DNA of 32,000 nt from Candidatus Thalassarchaeaceae archaeon (GTDB lineage Archaea; Thermoplasmatota; Poseidoniia; Poseidoniales; Thalassarchaeaceae), in the NCBI GenBank assembly GCA_045568075.1, contig JBJLBP010000001.1:1110001-1142000 (forward strand), written 5' to 3'. A program made the translations under genes and the position numbers. Under the pieces are notes generated by a model. That model had not been told where the DNA came from and made no database searches. It worked only from the letters and a program-made list of their open reading frames with translations. This document shows, piece by piece, positions 15,999-26,300 of this stretch; position 1 is the first letter of the stretch, and the number at the start of each line of letters is the position of its first letter.

Positions 15999-16935
15999 GA
16001 AGATGGATCTGCTTGCAATCGACGATTTGGTAGATGATTTTGAAGAGATTATCGATTGGGCTATTCGCTACAAGCATGATGTTGAGATACATCAGGATTT
16101 CAAGCCGCTCGACGGCATGTCGATCGGTTCGATTTACGAAAAGCCCTCGACGCGAACACGAGTATCATTCGAGGTCGGTGTCAGCCGTCTCGGCGGGCAA
16201 CCTCTGACTCTTCTGGCCAATGATATTCAACTCGGAAAATCGGAGTCGATTGGAGATACAGCGGCAGTTCTATCGCGCTTTCTTGATGGTATAACCTACC
16301 GCTGCTTCGGGCATGCTGACGTTGCTGAATTAGCTCGCACTGCAACGGTTCCGGTAATCAATGCCCTCTCCGATATGCACCACCCTTGCCAATCTGCTGC
16401 CGACCTGATGGCGATTCGTGAATTCGCCAACTCCGATGGTCACATCGCTTGGGTTGGAGATGGAAACAATGTCTTCCATGATTTGGCACTTGCTGGATTG
16501 ACACTCGGATACGATGTGAAGTATGCCACGCCGGTCGGGATGGAACCTGACGCTGGCGTTCTAGCGCGGTGTCAGGAGATTGCTGCCAAGACCGGCGCAA
16601 GTATCACCGGCACGAATGACCCAGTCGAAGCCGTCACCGATGCTGGCGTAATCTACACCGATATCTTCGTCTCTATGGGCGAGGAACACATGGAAGACAA
16701 AATGGATGCATTCGAGGGTTTTCAGGTAAACGAAGAACTCGTCGCACACGCTCGCCCGGACTACGTCTTCATGCACTGTTTACCCGCACACCGCGGAGAG
16801 GAAGTCACCGACGGTGTGATCGATTCGAGGAATAGTATCGTCCTTGATCAGGCTGAGAATCGTATGTGGGCACAGATGTCACTACTGACTTACCTATGCA
16901 ATAACGACGCATGGCAGGCTTATCGCGAGCTCTGA
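15985..16935 (+). CDS. argF: ornithine carbamoyltransferase
   Basis: STRTR, HPCQ, GDGNNV and HCLP motifs distinguish OTCase from ATCase. An AGGAG motif 9 nt upstream supports the ATG at 15985; alternative ATGs lie at 15961 and 16003. Overlaps the GPN gene end. Confidence 0.9.
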   Translation: MSDNEKMDLLAIDDLVDDFEEIIDWAIRYKHDVEIHQDFKPLDGMSIGSIYEKPSTRTRVSFEVGVSRLGGQPLTLLANDIQLGKSESIGDTAAVLSRFLDGITYRCFGHADVAELARTATVPVINALSDMHHPCQSAADLMAIREFANSDGHIAWVGDGNNVFHDLALAGLTLGYDVKYATPVGMEPDAGVLARCQEIAAKTGASITGTNDPVEAVTDAGVIYTDIFVSMGEEHMEDKMDAFEGFQVNEELVAHARPDYVFMHCLPAHRGEEVTDGVIDSRNSIVLDQAENRMWAQMSLLTYLCNNDAWQAYREL

Positions 16936-16968
16936 ACTTGCCAAAGCTTACTTTGGTGGGCAATCGAT

Positions 16969-17901
16969 TCAGAGAAGCGAAGCGATGAGTATTCCAACCA
17001 TCGCTAGAACCATTGAACGCTTAATCAGACGAGAAGCAGCCGTATCTTCGGTTAGTACAATATGCTTCTTGACCTGCATCAAAGTGAATAGAGCGGGCGC
17101 GACGAGAAGTAAGTGAAGTAGGTCGAATACACCCATAGCAAATGGGGTCAACAGGGCAATTAGGGTCAGAAGTAAAACTGCCCAGGCAAATGTTCGAGCC
17201 TTGTCAGCTCCAACTCGCATTGCGTAGGTATTGCGCCCTTCGTCGCCTTCCATGTCTTCGACATCCTTGATGATCTCGCGCGCGAAATTATACAGCGTTC
17301 CAACGAAGAATAGGGAAAGAGCACGGGAGTTCAGTGGGTCGAATACACCAGCAGCTCCGTAGAGTACTACTAACCCGACCGAAAGTGAAATTGCCATATT
17401 TCCAGGTAATCCTCTATTCTTGAGGCCGAGAAGCCATCGATCGTCCTCATAATTTAGCAAGAGAGCTAGGGCCATAACCCAGATCAGAATTGTGTACTTC
17501 CACTCATCGAATTCGCCGATTGAGTTCGCGGTGACGGCGGCGATGAATAAAGAAATGAATGAAATCAATCCAGTTAGAATGATTGAGATTAGAGCAGTTC
17601 TCTTGCTTATACGCCCGGAAGGTAATGGCCTATCTGGACGATTCACCCTGTCAATTTCGAGGTCGAGGTAATCATTCAGAGCATTCCAAGAGGCCATGAA
17701 GGAGTAGACCGACAGGGCAAGTAATGTGGTGATGTGTAGATTATCATCGGAAGGGAATTCGCCAAGAGCGAGAACTGCGCCGAGGAATACTCCAACAAAT
17801 CCACTGATACAATTGCCTGCTCGGAAGAGCAGGACCCAATCAGCGATTCGACCCACGCCTCCGACGAGGGCGTGCGCGTCTTGATTGCTTGCACGATTCA
17901 C
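16969..17901 (-). CDS. UbiA-family prenyltransferase, probable digeranylgeranylglyceryl phosphate (DGGGP) synthase
   Basis: Asp-rich motifs NALNDYLDLEIDRVNRPDRPLPSG and KDVEDMEGDE, with ~8 TM helices. The GTG start overlaps the upstream stop (GTGA). Confidence 0.8.
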   Translation of the reverse strand: MNRASNQDAHALVGGVGRIADWVLLFRAGNCISGFVGVFLGAVLALGEFPSDDNLHITTLLALSVYSFMASWNALNDYLDLEIDRVNRPDRPLPSGRISKRTALISIILTGLISFISLFIAAVTANSIGEFDEWKYTILIWVMALALLLNYEDDRWLLGLKNRGLPGNMAISLSVGLVVLYGAAGVFDPLNSRALSLFFVGTLYNFAREIIKDVEDMEGDEGRNTYAMRVGADKARTFAWAVLLLTLIALLTPFAMGVFDLLHLLLVAPALFTLMQVKKHIVLTEDTAASRLIKRSMVLAMVGILIASLL

Positions 17902-18152
17902 GCCGTTGCAATCAATGGTTCAGCGGACAGCGCCCAAACGCAGACAGTGTAGACACTGCCGCGGAATTGACCGCGCTGATGCCCTACCTTGGCAAAGCGA
18001 GTATCCTTGGCGAGAATGTTACCCACCTGGTTCATCGTAGCTCCCCAGCGGAATCTCTCATTGAGGTAATCGAAAACCTCGACAGTGTTCGCATTCCCCT
18101 TCTCTTCAAGGAATACTAGAACCGCTTCTCGTAGGCGTCGTGTGCGGGACAT
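17898..18152 (-). CDS. small hypothetical protein (possibly winged-helix-like)
   Basis: 84-aa ORF coupled at both ends: TGATG at 18150-18154 and GTGA at 17898-17901. The sequence looks more protein-like than the antisense ORF. No family recognised. Confidence 0.45.
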   Translation of the reverse strand: MSRTRRLREAVLVFLEEKGNANTVEVFDYLNERFRWGATMNQVGNILAKDTRFAKVGHQRGQFRGSVYTVCVWALSAEPLIATA

Positions 18153-18451
18153 CAGATCGCCTCCATTGGAATCTGGCGAGAGGCCATCACACGCGAGTGC
18201 AATCCAGACCAGCTCGATGGACTCACGCTAACTTCGATTGCACGTCGTGGCATAGGCTGCCAGAGTCCATCATCAGCCCTCCCGTTTGAGGAATTGACAA
18301 GTGCCTCTGGTTGAGGTCTTCGTCGGCTTGCAGCGGTCTTGTTTAGGGCGGCGAAGGAGACTACACGAACAGGGTCGGCTCGCTTCCTGTAGATTCGTTG
18401 GCTATTGGGGTTCAGGCTTCGGTTCATGGCCTGATGTTGCTCGGTCAGCAT
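18152..18451 (-). CDS. hypothetical basic protein (weak call)
   Basis: The ORF extends to ATG 18523, but that start sits 5 nt from the tRNA-Glu TATA-like box, so the internal ATG at 18451 is preferred. The composition is low-complexity and may be non-coding. Confidence 0.3.
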   Translation of the reverse strand: MLTEQHQAMNRSLNPNSQRIYRKRADPVRVVSFAALNKTAASRRRPQPEALVNSSNGRADDGLWQPMPRRAIEVSVSPSSWSGLHSRVMASRQIPMEAI

Positions 18452-18527
18452 ATCAAGAACTGGAACAGAGAGGAAAGTGAAAGTAAAAGTGAATGTGAAG
18501 CGCTTGAATGAGGCTTCATCCATCGTT

Positions 18528-18536
18528 TTGAAATAC
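18528..18536 (+). promoter_or_regulatory. putative archaeal TATA-like box for tRNA-Glu
   Basis: TTGAAATAC lies 24 nt upstream of the tRNA 5' end and is identical to the 9-mer upstream of tRNA-His. Confidence 0.4.
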
Positions 18537-18560
18537 CGAGCCTCGGTCGCCGGGCTACTC

Positions 18561-18638
18561 GCTCGTGTAGTGTAGTTCGGTCCATCATGACGGACTCTCG
18601 ATCCGTCGACCCGGGTTCAAATCCCGGCACGAGCACCA
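18561..18638 (+). tRNA. tRNA-Glu (anticodon CTC) with encoded CCA
   Basis: Hand-folded cloverleaf. Acceptor stem GCTCGTG/CACGAGC. Anticodon stem ACGGA/TCCGT with loop CTCTCGA. T-arm CCGGG-TTCAAAT-CCCGG. Followed by TTTT. Confidence 0.9.
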
Positions 18639-18697
18639 TTTTGAAACCAATTTGTAGCCGGAGAACGATTTTTATGCCTCTCAATCTAAGGTGAGGT

Positions 18698-20929
18698 ATG
18701 CGAACCACCGCCGTACTGCTCACACTTGTTATGCTAACTTCTGCCTTAGCAGGATGTGCTGGGAGCGGGGATGATACCGAGAAAGATGAGCAAATCGCCT
18801 CTCTTGAATTGGAAGTGGCGAATCTTACCTCTGAGAATGCAGAAAATGCTGAGAATGTTGCAGCATTACAATCCACTCTAGAAGAGGCTCAGGTAGCGCT
18901 CGAATTAGCCAATGAAGACCTCGCGAACATCTCCGCCCAACTATCCACTGCTGAATGGCACCGTGCCAATCTTTCCAACTCACTCTCAGACGTCATGGAC
19001 CAATTGAATCAAACAGAGAATGATGAGCTCATCACTTCACTCCAAGCAGAAATCGCGGATCTCGATTCGCAAATCTCTGATGCCGACTCGCAAATCACCA
19101 ACCTCGAGGGCGAATTAATCGAGAAGGAGAATCAAGTTGCTTCTCTCGAAGCAACGAATGCCGCCTTGCAGAGTACAATCGGTAGTCTGACCTACCAAAT
19201 CCGAGATATGATTGCCAATTGCCCTCAAGACAACCCCGGTCTCCAGATGGTCGTCGGCTATGATGATGGTTCTGGAGGGGGCGTTCCGAATGATGGAGAA
19301 CTCCACGATGAAGAGGTCGAATACCAAGTGGGTGAATGCCCCGGCGACCATTCGATGGTCGAGTCTTTCCAGAATAACTCAGATGGATTTGGCCCTGGAT
19401 TGTTAGTTGAGATGGGTGGAATCCTCTACTTCTCAGCTGATGATGGAATACACGGATGGGAACCATGGCGTAGTGATGGCACCCTCGCAGGAACATATCT
19501 CGTCAAAGATGTCCGTGAGGAGTCTTGCTGGGACAATGGAGAGGGAGGAGAAGATTGTGAAAATTATGGCAGTCTAATTGTAGTATGTTGGGGGGCTGTC
19601 CTCAATAACAACTGCTTCTATCCAGAAATGGTAGCTGGCAACGAGAAATTATTCTTCACTGGATTCTTCACTTGGATAGATAGTGATGGACACGGACAAC
19701 GATCTTCCACCACCCTATTTGTCAGTGATGGTACCGAATCGGGAACCGAAATAGCACATTTCCACTGGCGGTGGGATCCTAGTTATTCTTCAGATGAGGG
19801 TTGGGGAGAAGACGTGGCGGGAGTCAATCAGTTGATTGCAATTCCGTCTAGTCAATTTGTCCCAGATAGGGTAGTTTACACCGCTGTAGAAGTGTTGGGA
19901 GGAGAATGTGATGATTGCCACCCACCTACAGGAAGAGAATTATGGATTACAGATGGAACTGAATCTGGAACCACGATGCTTGCAAATCTCCAACCAGAAG
20001 ATGAGGAGTGGGTGTATAGTGGAACCACCTATTGTTGTGCAGACTTCCAAGGAGGAGAGCCAAGGGACTTGTTGAAGAAGGGCAATACAATTTGGTTCAG
20101 TGCAAATACTGCAGAATATGGCAGGGAATTGTATCGATATGGCCTGGCCGTAGGTGGAGGACTATTTCTCGTTGAAGATCTAGTGGAAGGAGAGGAGAGC
20201 AGTAATCCAATGTATATGACGTCCGGAAGTGATGGAGTATACTTCTCAGCCATTGAGGAATCGACTGGTCGCGAGTTATACCATAGCCGTGGCGATGCAT
20301 TCACTACTGGAATCATCAAAGATATCAATCCCGGTACAAACAGCAGCGAACCACTCTTCTTCACAAAGTTAGGAGATAAGATATTCTTCACCGCTGACGA
20401 CGGTACTAACGGCCGGGAATTGTGGATTTCGGATAGGACTGAGACTGGTACATTCATGGTCAAGGACATACATGCAAATGGCTCTGGAGACCCTTACCAA
20501 TTGCATGTATTAGACGGCATTCTCTACTTCATGGCAGAGACTGAAGAACATGGCCGAGAATTGTGGAGAAGTGATGGTACCGAAACGGGAACCTATCTGG
20601 TCAAGGACATTAATCCTGGAAATAATAGCAGCTACTACTGGGTTGAAGGATACGTAACTGGCACGCTATTCAAAATCAACGCAGGGGAGATGTTCTTCGC
20701 TTGCGATGATGGAGTACATGGAGTCGAGTTGTGCAGGAGTGATGGTACCGCAGATGGCACCTCTGTTGCAGTTGATGTTAATGTCGGAGAGAACAGCAGT
20801 TGGCCGCTCTCCTTGACTAGTGTTGGTAAGAAACTCTACTTCAACTCCTTCACTGAAGAAAATGGTCGCCAATTGCACTTTTTCTGGGATAATCCAGGAC
20901 CAATTATCAGTACGACTGAGGACTCCTGA
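18698..20929 (+). CDS. ELWxxDGT-repeat surface lipoprotein with N-terminal coiled-coil stalk
   Basis: A lipobox-like signal (LTSALAGC) is followed by ~150 aa of heptad-rich Leu/Glu/Asn/Gln sequence. Then come at least 7 repeats of the (R)ELW(R/I)SDGTxxGT...KDINPG type. A GGTGAGGT Shine-Dalgarno motif precedes the ATG. Confidence 0.8.
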   Translation: MRTTAVLLTLVMLTSALAGCAGSGDDTEKDEQIASLELEVANLTSENAENAENVAALQSTLEEAQVALELANEDLANISAQLSTAEWHRANLSNSLSDVMDQLNQTENDELITSLQAEIADLDSQISDADSQITNLEGELIEKENQVASLEATNAALQSTIGSLTYQIRDMIANCPQDNPGLQMVVGYDDGSGGGVPNDGELHDEEVEYQVGECPGDHSMVESFQNNSDGFGPGLLVEMGGILYFSADDGIHGWEPWRSDGTLAGTYLVKDVREESCWDNGEGGEDCENYGSLIVVCWGAVLNNNCFYPEMVAGNEKLFFTGFFTWIDSDGHGQRSSTTLFVSDGTESGTEIAHFHWRWDPSYSSDEGWGEDVAGVNQLIAIPSSQFVPDRVVYTAVEVLGGECDDCHPPTGRELWITDGTESGTTMLANLQPEDEEWVYSGTTYCCADFQGGEPRDLLKKGNTIWFSANTAEYGRELYRYGLAVGGGLFLVEDLVEGEESSNPMYMTSGSDGVYFSAIEESTGRELYHSRGDAFTTGIIKDINPGTNSSEPLFFTKLGDKIFFTADDGTNGRELWISDRTETGTFMVKDIHANGSGDPYQLHVLDGILYFMAETEEHGRELWRSDGTETGTYLVKDINPGNNSSYYWVEGYVTGTLFKINAGEMFFACDDGVHGVELCRSDGTADGTSVAVDVNVGENSSWPLSLTSVGKKLYFNSFTEENGRQLHFFWDNPGPIISTTEDS

Positions 20930-20991
20930 AATACTGTATTTACCGGTCAGAACCGTCTTAAGGGCACCTTCGTTGCAGTAGTAAGGTTCTG

Positions 20992-22044
20992 ATGCGTGTA
21001 GAGCACGATGTGAAGCTTACTTTTGATGATGTATTGATTAGACCGAAGCGCAGTACGCTGGTTTCTCGCTCAGACGTATCGCTTTATCGAGACTTCAAAT
21101 TCCGCCATTCCGATACTACTTGGTCAGGGGTGCCGATTGTAGCAGCAAATATGGACACGACCGGTTTGTTCAGTATCGCGGCTGAATTGCAGAAGCATAA
21201 GATGCTGACATGTATGCAGAAATTCTACTCAACTCGAGATTATGCGCAGGCTTGGGAAGACGGAGTTGACCCCGAGTTTGTCGCTATCACGTGCGGATCG
21301 ACAGAGAATTCGTTTGATTTACTCAAGAGGAAAATGGCTACACACGCGGGCACCAAAATGATCTGCATCGATGTTGCAAATGGCTACCGAGAAGTTTTCC
21401 TTCAATTCGTCAAGAGGGTTCGCAGTGAATTTCCTTCAGCGATCGTTATCGCTGGCAATGTTGCTACGCGAGAGATGACTGAAGCTTTGATTCTCGCGGG
21501 TGCTGATATTGTCAAGGTCGGAATCGGCCCTGGCTCGGTTTGTACAACGCGCAAGGTTGCGGGTGTAGGTTATCCTCAGCTTTCGGCTATTGCTGAGTGT
21601 GCTGATGCGGCTCATGGGCTTGCTGGTCACGTAATGGCTGACGGTGGCTGTTCAAGCCCTGGAGATGTATCCAAGGCCTTTGCTGCCGGGGCTGATTTCG
21701 TGATGCTGGGTGGTATGTTTGCTGGTCACGATGAATCAGGCGGAGAGTTAGTGACCGACACAAATGGAAAGCAATACATGTCATTCTATGGAATGTCGAG
21801 TGCTAAGGCGATGGAGACTCATTATGGAGAGGTGGCAAAGCACCGTGCTCCAGAGGGGAAGGAAGTTCGCGTGCCCTATCGCGGTCCGGTTGAGATTACC
21901 GTTCAGGCAATCCTTGGTGGGGTTCGGTCGGCTTGTTCCTATGTTGGTGCGCGAAGGATCAAGGATTTGCCTAAGTGTACTACCTTCATTCGCGTGACTC
22001 AAACTACAAATGAAGTCTATCAAAGATTCAATGTAGAAGAATAG
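20992..22044 (+). CDS. guaC: GMP reductase (GuaC type, IMPDH/GMPR family)
   Basis: Collinear end-to-end with E. coli GuaC as I recall it ([82 protein letters not shown]). Confidence 0.92.
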   Translation: MRVEHDVKLTFDDVLIRPKRSTLVSRSDVSLYRDFKFRHSDTTWSGVPIVAANMDTTGLFSIAAELQKHKMLTCMQKFYSTRDYAQAWEDGVDPEFVAITCGSTENSFDLLKRKMATHAGTKMICIDVANGYREVFLQFVKRVRSEFPSAIVIAGNVATREMTEALILAGADIVKVGIGPGSVCTTRKVAGVGYPQLSAIAECADAAHGLAGHVMADGGCSSPGDVSKAFAAGADFVMLGGMFAGHDESGGELVTDTNGKQYMSFYGMSSAKAMETHYGEVAKHRAPEGKEVRVPYRGPVEITVQAILGGVRSACSYVGARRIKDLPKCTTFIRVTQTTNEVYQRFNVEE

Positions 22045-22104
22045 TACGAACTCTAAGATTTATATTGGGAAAAAACCTACAATGTCAATCCGCGACAGAA
22101 CATC

Positions 22105-22833
22105 ATGGACATCCTACTTATTGCAGCAATTGGAGCATTCTTTGCTGCTGCATTAACCGTACCTGCAGGGTTCGGTTTGTCGACCATGCTGACACCATTT
22201 GTCCTACTTCTAATGCCACCTCATGAGGCAGTGGCCGTGGTTGCGGTAGTTCACGGAGCCCACAACGGAGCAAAGTGCTGGAGTATGTGGGAATCGGTGG
22301 ATCTAACCGCTTTTCGGCACTATGGAGTTTGGTTAGTCGTGGGTGCAATCCTGGGAGCTATTTTACAAAATGAGGTGCCTCAGGAACCTCTGCTACTAAT
22401 AATCGGAATTTTCTTGATATTCTTGCCAATACTAACTCTTTCTGAGAATTGGACTGGATATCGAATACCAGAGGCTAATGACCGAATTGGTGGATTCGGT
22501 TCCGGATTTATGGGAGGGTTATCGGGACACCAAGGTGCACTACGTGCAATGTTCCTAACCCGTAGATTGCCAGATAAAATGGCTTATGCAGCGACTGCTA
22601 GCATACTTGCCCTATGCGTTGATCTCTCAAGAATTCCGATTTATCTGATTTTTAGACCAGAAGAAATCCTCGCTCATTCAGACATCACCGCTGTCTTAGT
22701 GATCTCAGCTATTATTGGAGTTAGAGTAGGAAAGAGATGGTTAAAATCATTGAAAACGTCTTGGATTCATAATGGTGTAATGATTGGAATTGTTGCCAGT
22801 GGAGTATTCTACATCTGGGAAGCAATCGGTTGA
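22105..22833 (+). CDS. TSUP (TauE/SafE, DUF81) family membrane transporter
   Basis: Polytopic membrane protein (~7-8 helices) with the Gly-rich segment GFGSGFMGGLSGHQGALRAMF typical of TSUP. A TATA-like ATTTATATT lies at 22058-22066. Confidence 0.6.
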   Translation: MDILLIAAIGAFFAAALTVPAGFGLSTMLTPFVLLLMPPHEAVAVVAVVHGAHNGAKCWSMWESVDLTAFRHYGVWLVVGAILGAILQNEVPQEPLLLIIGIFLIFLPILTLSENWTGYRIPEANDRIGGFGSGFMGGLSGHQGALRAMFLTRRLPDKMAYAATASILALCVDLSRIPIYLIFRPEEILAHSDITAVLVISAIIGVRVGKRWLKSLKTSWIHNGVMIGIVASGVFYIWEAIG

Positions 22834-22839
22834 TTTGCA

Positions 22840-23313
22840 TCAGATGTCCAATACAACTTGCGCCATCCAGCCAGGACCTTCGAAGGATGGAACGCCTTCG
22901 ACTCCTTCGACAATCTCACCTTCAGCCACTTCACGAACTGCGAGGTCGTGCAGAGTGATTGCTTTCACTTCAACCTCGAGTTCGACATCGCGCGCATCGA
23001 CCCAAAGCACCTGCGCGCGTAAGCAATCCTCCTCGATTACAAGGTCAGATTCTACCAACCATCTATCTTCTACAGATCCCTGATAGAGGATCTCTTCGAG
23101 CCATCGAACCAAGCCCCTCTCTAAGTCACCTGTCGGGATCGTTACAGCCCATTCGCCGACGTGGCGGAGGTGTCCATTGAGTAGCGCAGCACCACGCTCC
23201 GACATCTGAATGCCTTGCAAGGCCAGCGCAGCCTCCCTCAGAAGGTCACTAGGGTTACTGGAAAATGCGCGGAAGCCGATGTCCGCAGTTGTCGGCATTA
23301 TCCACCAAGACAT
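22840..23313 (-). CDS. archease (activator of RtcB tRNA-splicing ligase)
   Basis: N-terminal TADIGFRAF and C-terminal VKAITLHDLAV match the conserved archease motifs. Size is ~150 aa. Confidence 0.8.
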   Translation of the reverse strand: MSWWIMPTTADIGFRAFSSNPSDLLREAALALQGIQMSERGAALLNGHLRHVGEWAVTIPTGDLERGLVRWLEEILYQGSVEDRWLVESDLVIEEDCLRAQVLWVDARDVELEVEVKAITLHDLAVREVAEGEIVEGVEGVPSFEGPGWMAQVVLDI

Positions 23314-23372
23314 CGTATCACCAAGCCACCCGAGGACCGTTCAGGGGATGAAACCTGAGGGAGATGCGGGCA

Positions 23373-26300
23373 TCAATTGTTGGTACAGAGTTCGCCCTGA
23401 CTTGGGAAGCTCGTGGGATCCTTTGGATTCGTATTCCATTTATTCTCGCACTTATTCATGTAACCATCACCGTCGGAATCGATGTATGCATCAGCTGGAT
23501 CGAATGGATCAAAGTCGAAGTAGAATTCCCATCCAGACCACATTCCATCGCCATCATGATCTTGGTGATAGACTTCAGAACCGTCGGCCCATCCATCTCC
23601 ATCGGTATCGGCTAGGACTGCATCGGTGCCATTTTGGAATTCTTCGTAATTCGTGTAATTCTCTAGATCGTCGTAGAAATTACCTCCATTAGATGTCGTT
23701 GGGTCGATGTGGCACTCGGCATTCTGTGGGTTATCCCATCCTGGACAATAACGATTGAGCAAGTGCGATCTATTCAGTCCATCACCATCGAAATCTTCCG
23801 CACCATCGTCTATTCCGTCGAGGTCCGAATCAGGCATTCTCGGGTCCATCGGACCTCGAGCACCCAATGCATCGAGTGAGTTATTGTCGACGAGACCGAG
23901 GTTGATTGCACGCTCGGAGGCAGAGACCTCCCATCCATCTGCAAGCATGTCGCCGTCGGTATCGTCGGCAACCGGGTTTGTATCCCAACGGTCAGGAGCT
24001 TCTAGAGCGTTCAGTAAGGTGTCGTTATCGATATCGAAGTTGGAGTCCGGCATTGAACCGAACGATGGGTCGAGAGCCCAGCGGCCATTTGCCGGAATAG
24101 GGAATCCAGTCAGATTCATTTCGTAGATGAAATACTTCGGATCGAGGACACCGTCGCCGTTGCGGTCACCAGAGGTTTGGAAGCCCTTCAGATAGCTATC
24201 CCAAACCCAGCCACCAGGACCCTTGCCGCACTCTTGCATGCTATCGCATCCGAGAGGAAGCCAGTTCTGAGTACTAATCCACAGGCTGTGAGAATTGGTA
24301 TTTTGCTGGACTGAAAAGACTTGCATCTCCCAGCCATCAGGTTGCCCGTCATCATCGGTATCATTGTCCAAAGGACTGGTGGCGGTTTGCCACGGACGAG
24401 GGATGTGGAGGACTTCTCCACCATCGCTCAGGCCGTCATTATCGGTGTCAGCATTATTTGCGTGAGTGATATACTGATCGGCACCGTCTATGACTTCTTC
24501 ACCATCGTCAAGACCATCGTTATCGGTATCGAACATCGAGGCGTTGGTGTAGTAAGTGGTTCCGTTCCAAACGAATCCATCCATAGCCTCGGTGAAATCT
24601 TCGAGGCCATCGGAATCGGTATCTCTATCGGTCGCGTTGGTGAAGGTTTCGTAGTATTCTGTCGCGTCGGAGAGGCCGTCACGATCTGTATCGTAGACAC
24701 CCGGGTCGGAACGCACTATAACGTCGCGCACACCCATATCGACAACTCGAATAGTCCACCCGATCACTTCGATTCCATCGATGAGACCATCATTATCGGT
24801 GTCTGCGACTAGTGGGTTAGTAGAGCGACCGTCGACGATGCCGTCACCATCTCGGTCACGAGCGTTATACTCATCGAGGTTGGTGAATCGCTCATGCTCC
24901 TCGACGATTGTAGCGAGATCTTGCAGACGGCTAGTGACTTCATCGCCGACATTGACATTGATTGAGTAGATGTAACCAGCCGTCGGAGCCTTCACTACAA
25001 TGTTGACATATTGACTGTCCTGAACTGTTCGTACCCACATCACGGTGCTATTGACCTGAACGAAATCTCCAACCTCGACAACTATGTTGTTGACGGTTGA
25101 GATGCCTACGAGATCGGTGTATCGAACGCCTCCATCACCATCTGCATCGTAGCCGTCGAAGTCAGGGTCCTCCTCCGCATTGCTGCCGTCGTTAGGGTGG
25201 ATTCCACTGTGATATTCCCAACCATCAGGCATGCCATCGAAGTCTGTATCAGCGACGAGAGGGCTGGTGAAATTGACTGGCCCCCAAGTATAGGCGACCT
25301 CATACTCCTCGACATTGTTCAGGCCATCCTCATCACCGTCGCCGTAAGCATCGGTAGAGTTGGCAGGGTTGAGGAGAGTGTTGTAGCAATATTCGAATCC
25401 GTCAGGCATTCCGTCGCCATCGGTATCCCAGTCTCCGGGGCCATTGAGGCGACCGTCGCCATCCATGTCTTGATTGAACCATGTTAGGTCGCCGACACCG
25501 CTCATCAATTCAGTATAGGGTGCGTCAATACGAATGGTTCCAAACTGAGGCACACCGCAGTGGACTTGCAGATCTTGACTGCCGTAGCCAACCTCGACGC
25601 GATCAGGAATTAGGTCTAGGTCGCTGTCCTCTTCGAGGGGGTTTGTGTCGTAGATTTCTTCGAGGTAATTAGGGAGCGAATCAGGGCCCTGCCGGTCGAT
25701 GTCGAGAACAGAGTCGCAAGAGTGGTCTCCATTGGGTCCAATTGGAAGATTGTTCCAAGTAGAGGTGCCGATAATCAGTTTCATCTCAGCCTCGACCTGT
25801 GGTGTAAGAAGAGAACAACCCCAGTTCGGCTCTAGTGGATCGAGTAGAGTGACTGGGCCCTGAGGTGTCTGAACAACCTCAGTGTAGAGAGACTCCCAAC
25901 GGTCGTTGAGTCCGTCTCCATCGCTGTCTTGAACAGTTGGATTTGTTCCGATTGCAGCTTCCTGCTCATTCGTCAGTCCATCGCGGTCGGGATCACCAAA
26001 GGGTCCGTTGTCAGGATCAGGGAATGTTTCGTTCTGTTCACCAGTTTCTTCTTCCTCACCAGGATTGACGTTCTCGATATCTCCGTCGTTAGGTTCTCCA
26101 CTGTCGAGTGGATCTAAGCCGTTTTGAATTTCCCAACCGTCTTCGAGACCGTCACCGTCTGTGTCATTATTACGCCAATCGGTTCCGTAGAGAGTTTGTT
26201 CCATCCTATCTGGAAGGCCATCATTATCGAAGTCGGAACCGCCTTCTTGAACCTCTGGACCTGAAATGATAACGTCGGAACCGGCCGAGTCAAATCCACC

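Noticed and set aside
18445-18876. 143-aa minus-strand ORF spanning tRNA-Glu and the start of the ELWxxDGT gene
   Set aside because: It overlaps a confidently folded tRNA and a well-supported plus-strand gene with a Shine-Dalgarno motif and lipobox signal, so it is spurious.
18561-22833. Possible integrated mobile element at tRNA-Glu
   Set aside because: I found no integrase, transposase or phage gene, and no direct repeat of the tRNA 3' end downstream. I report it only as a possible ancient HGT block, not a mobile element.
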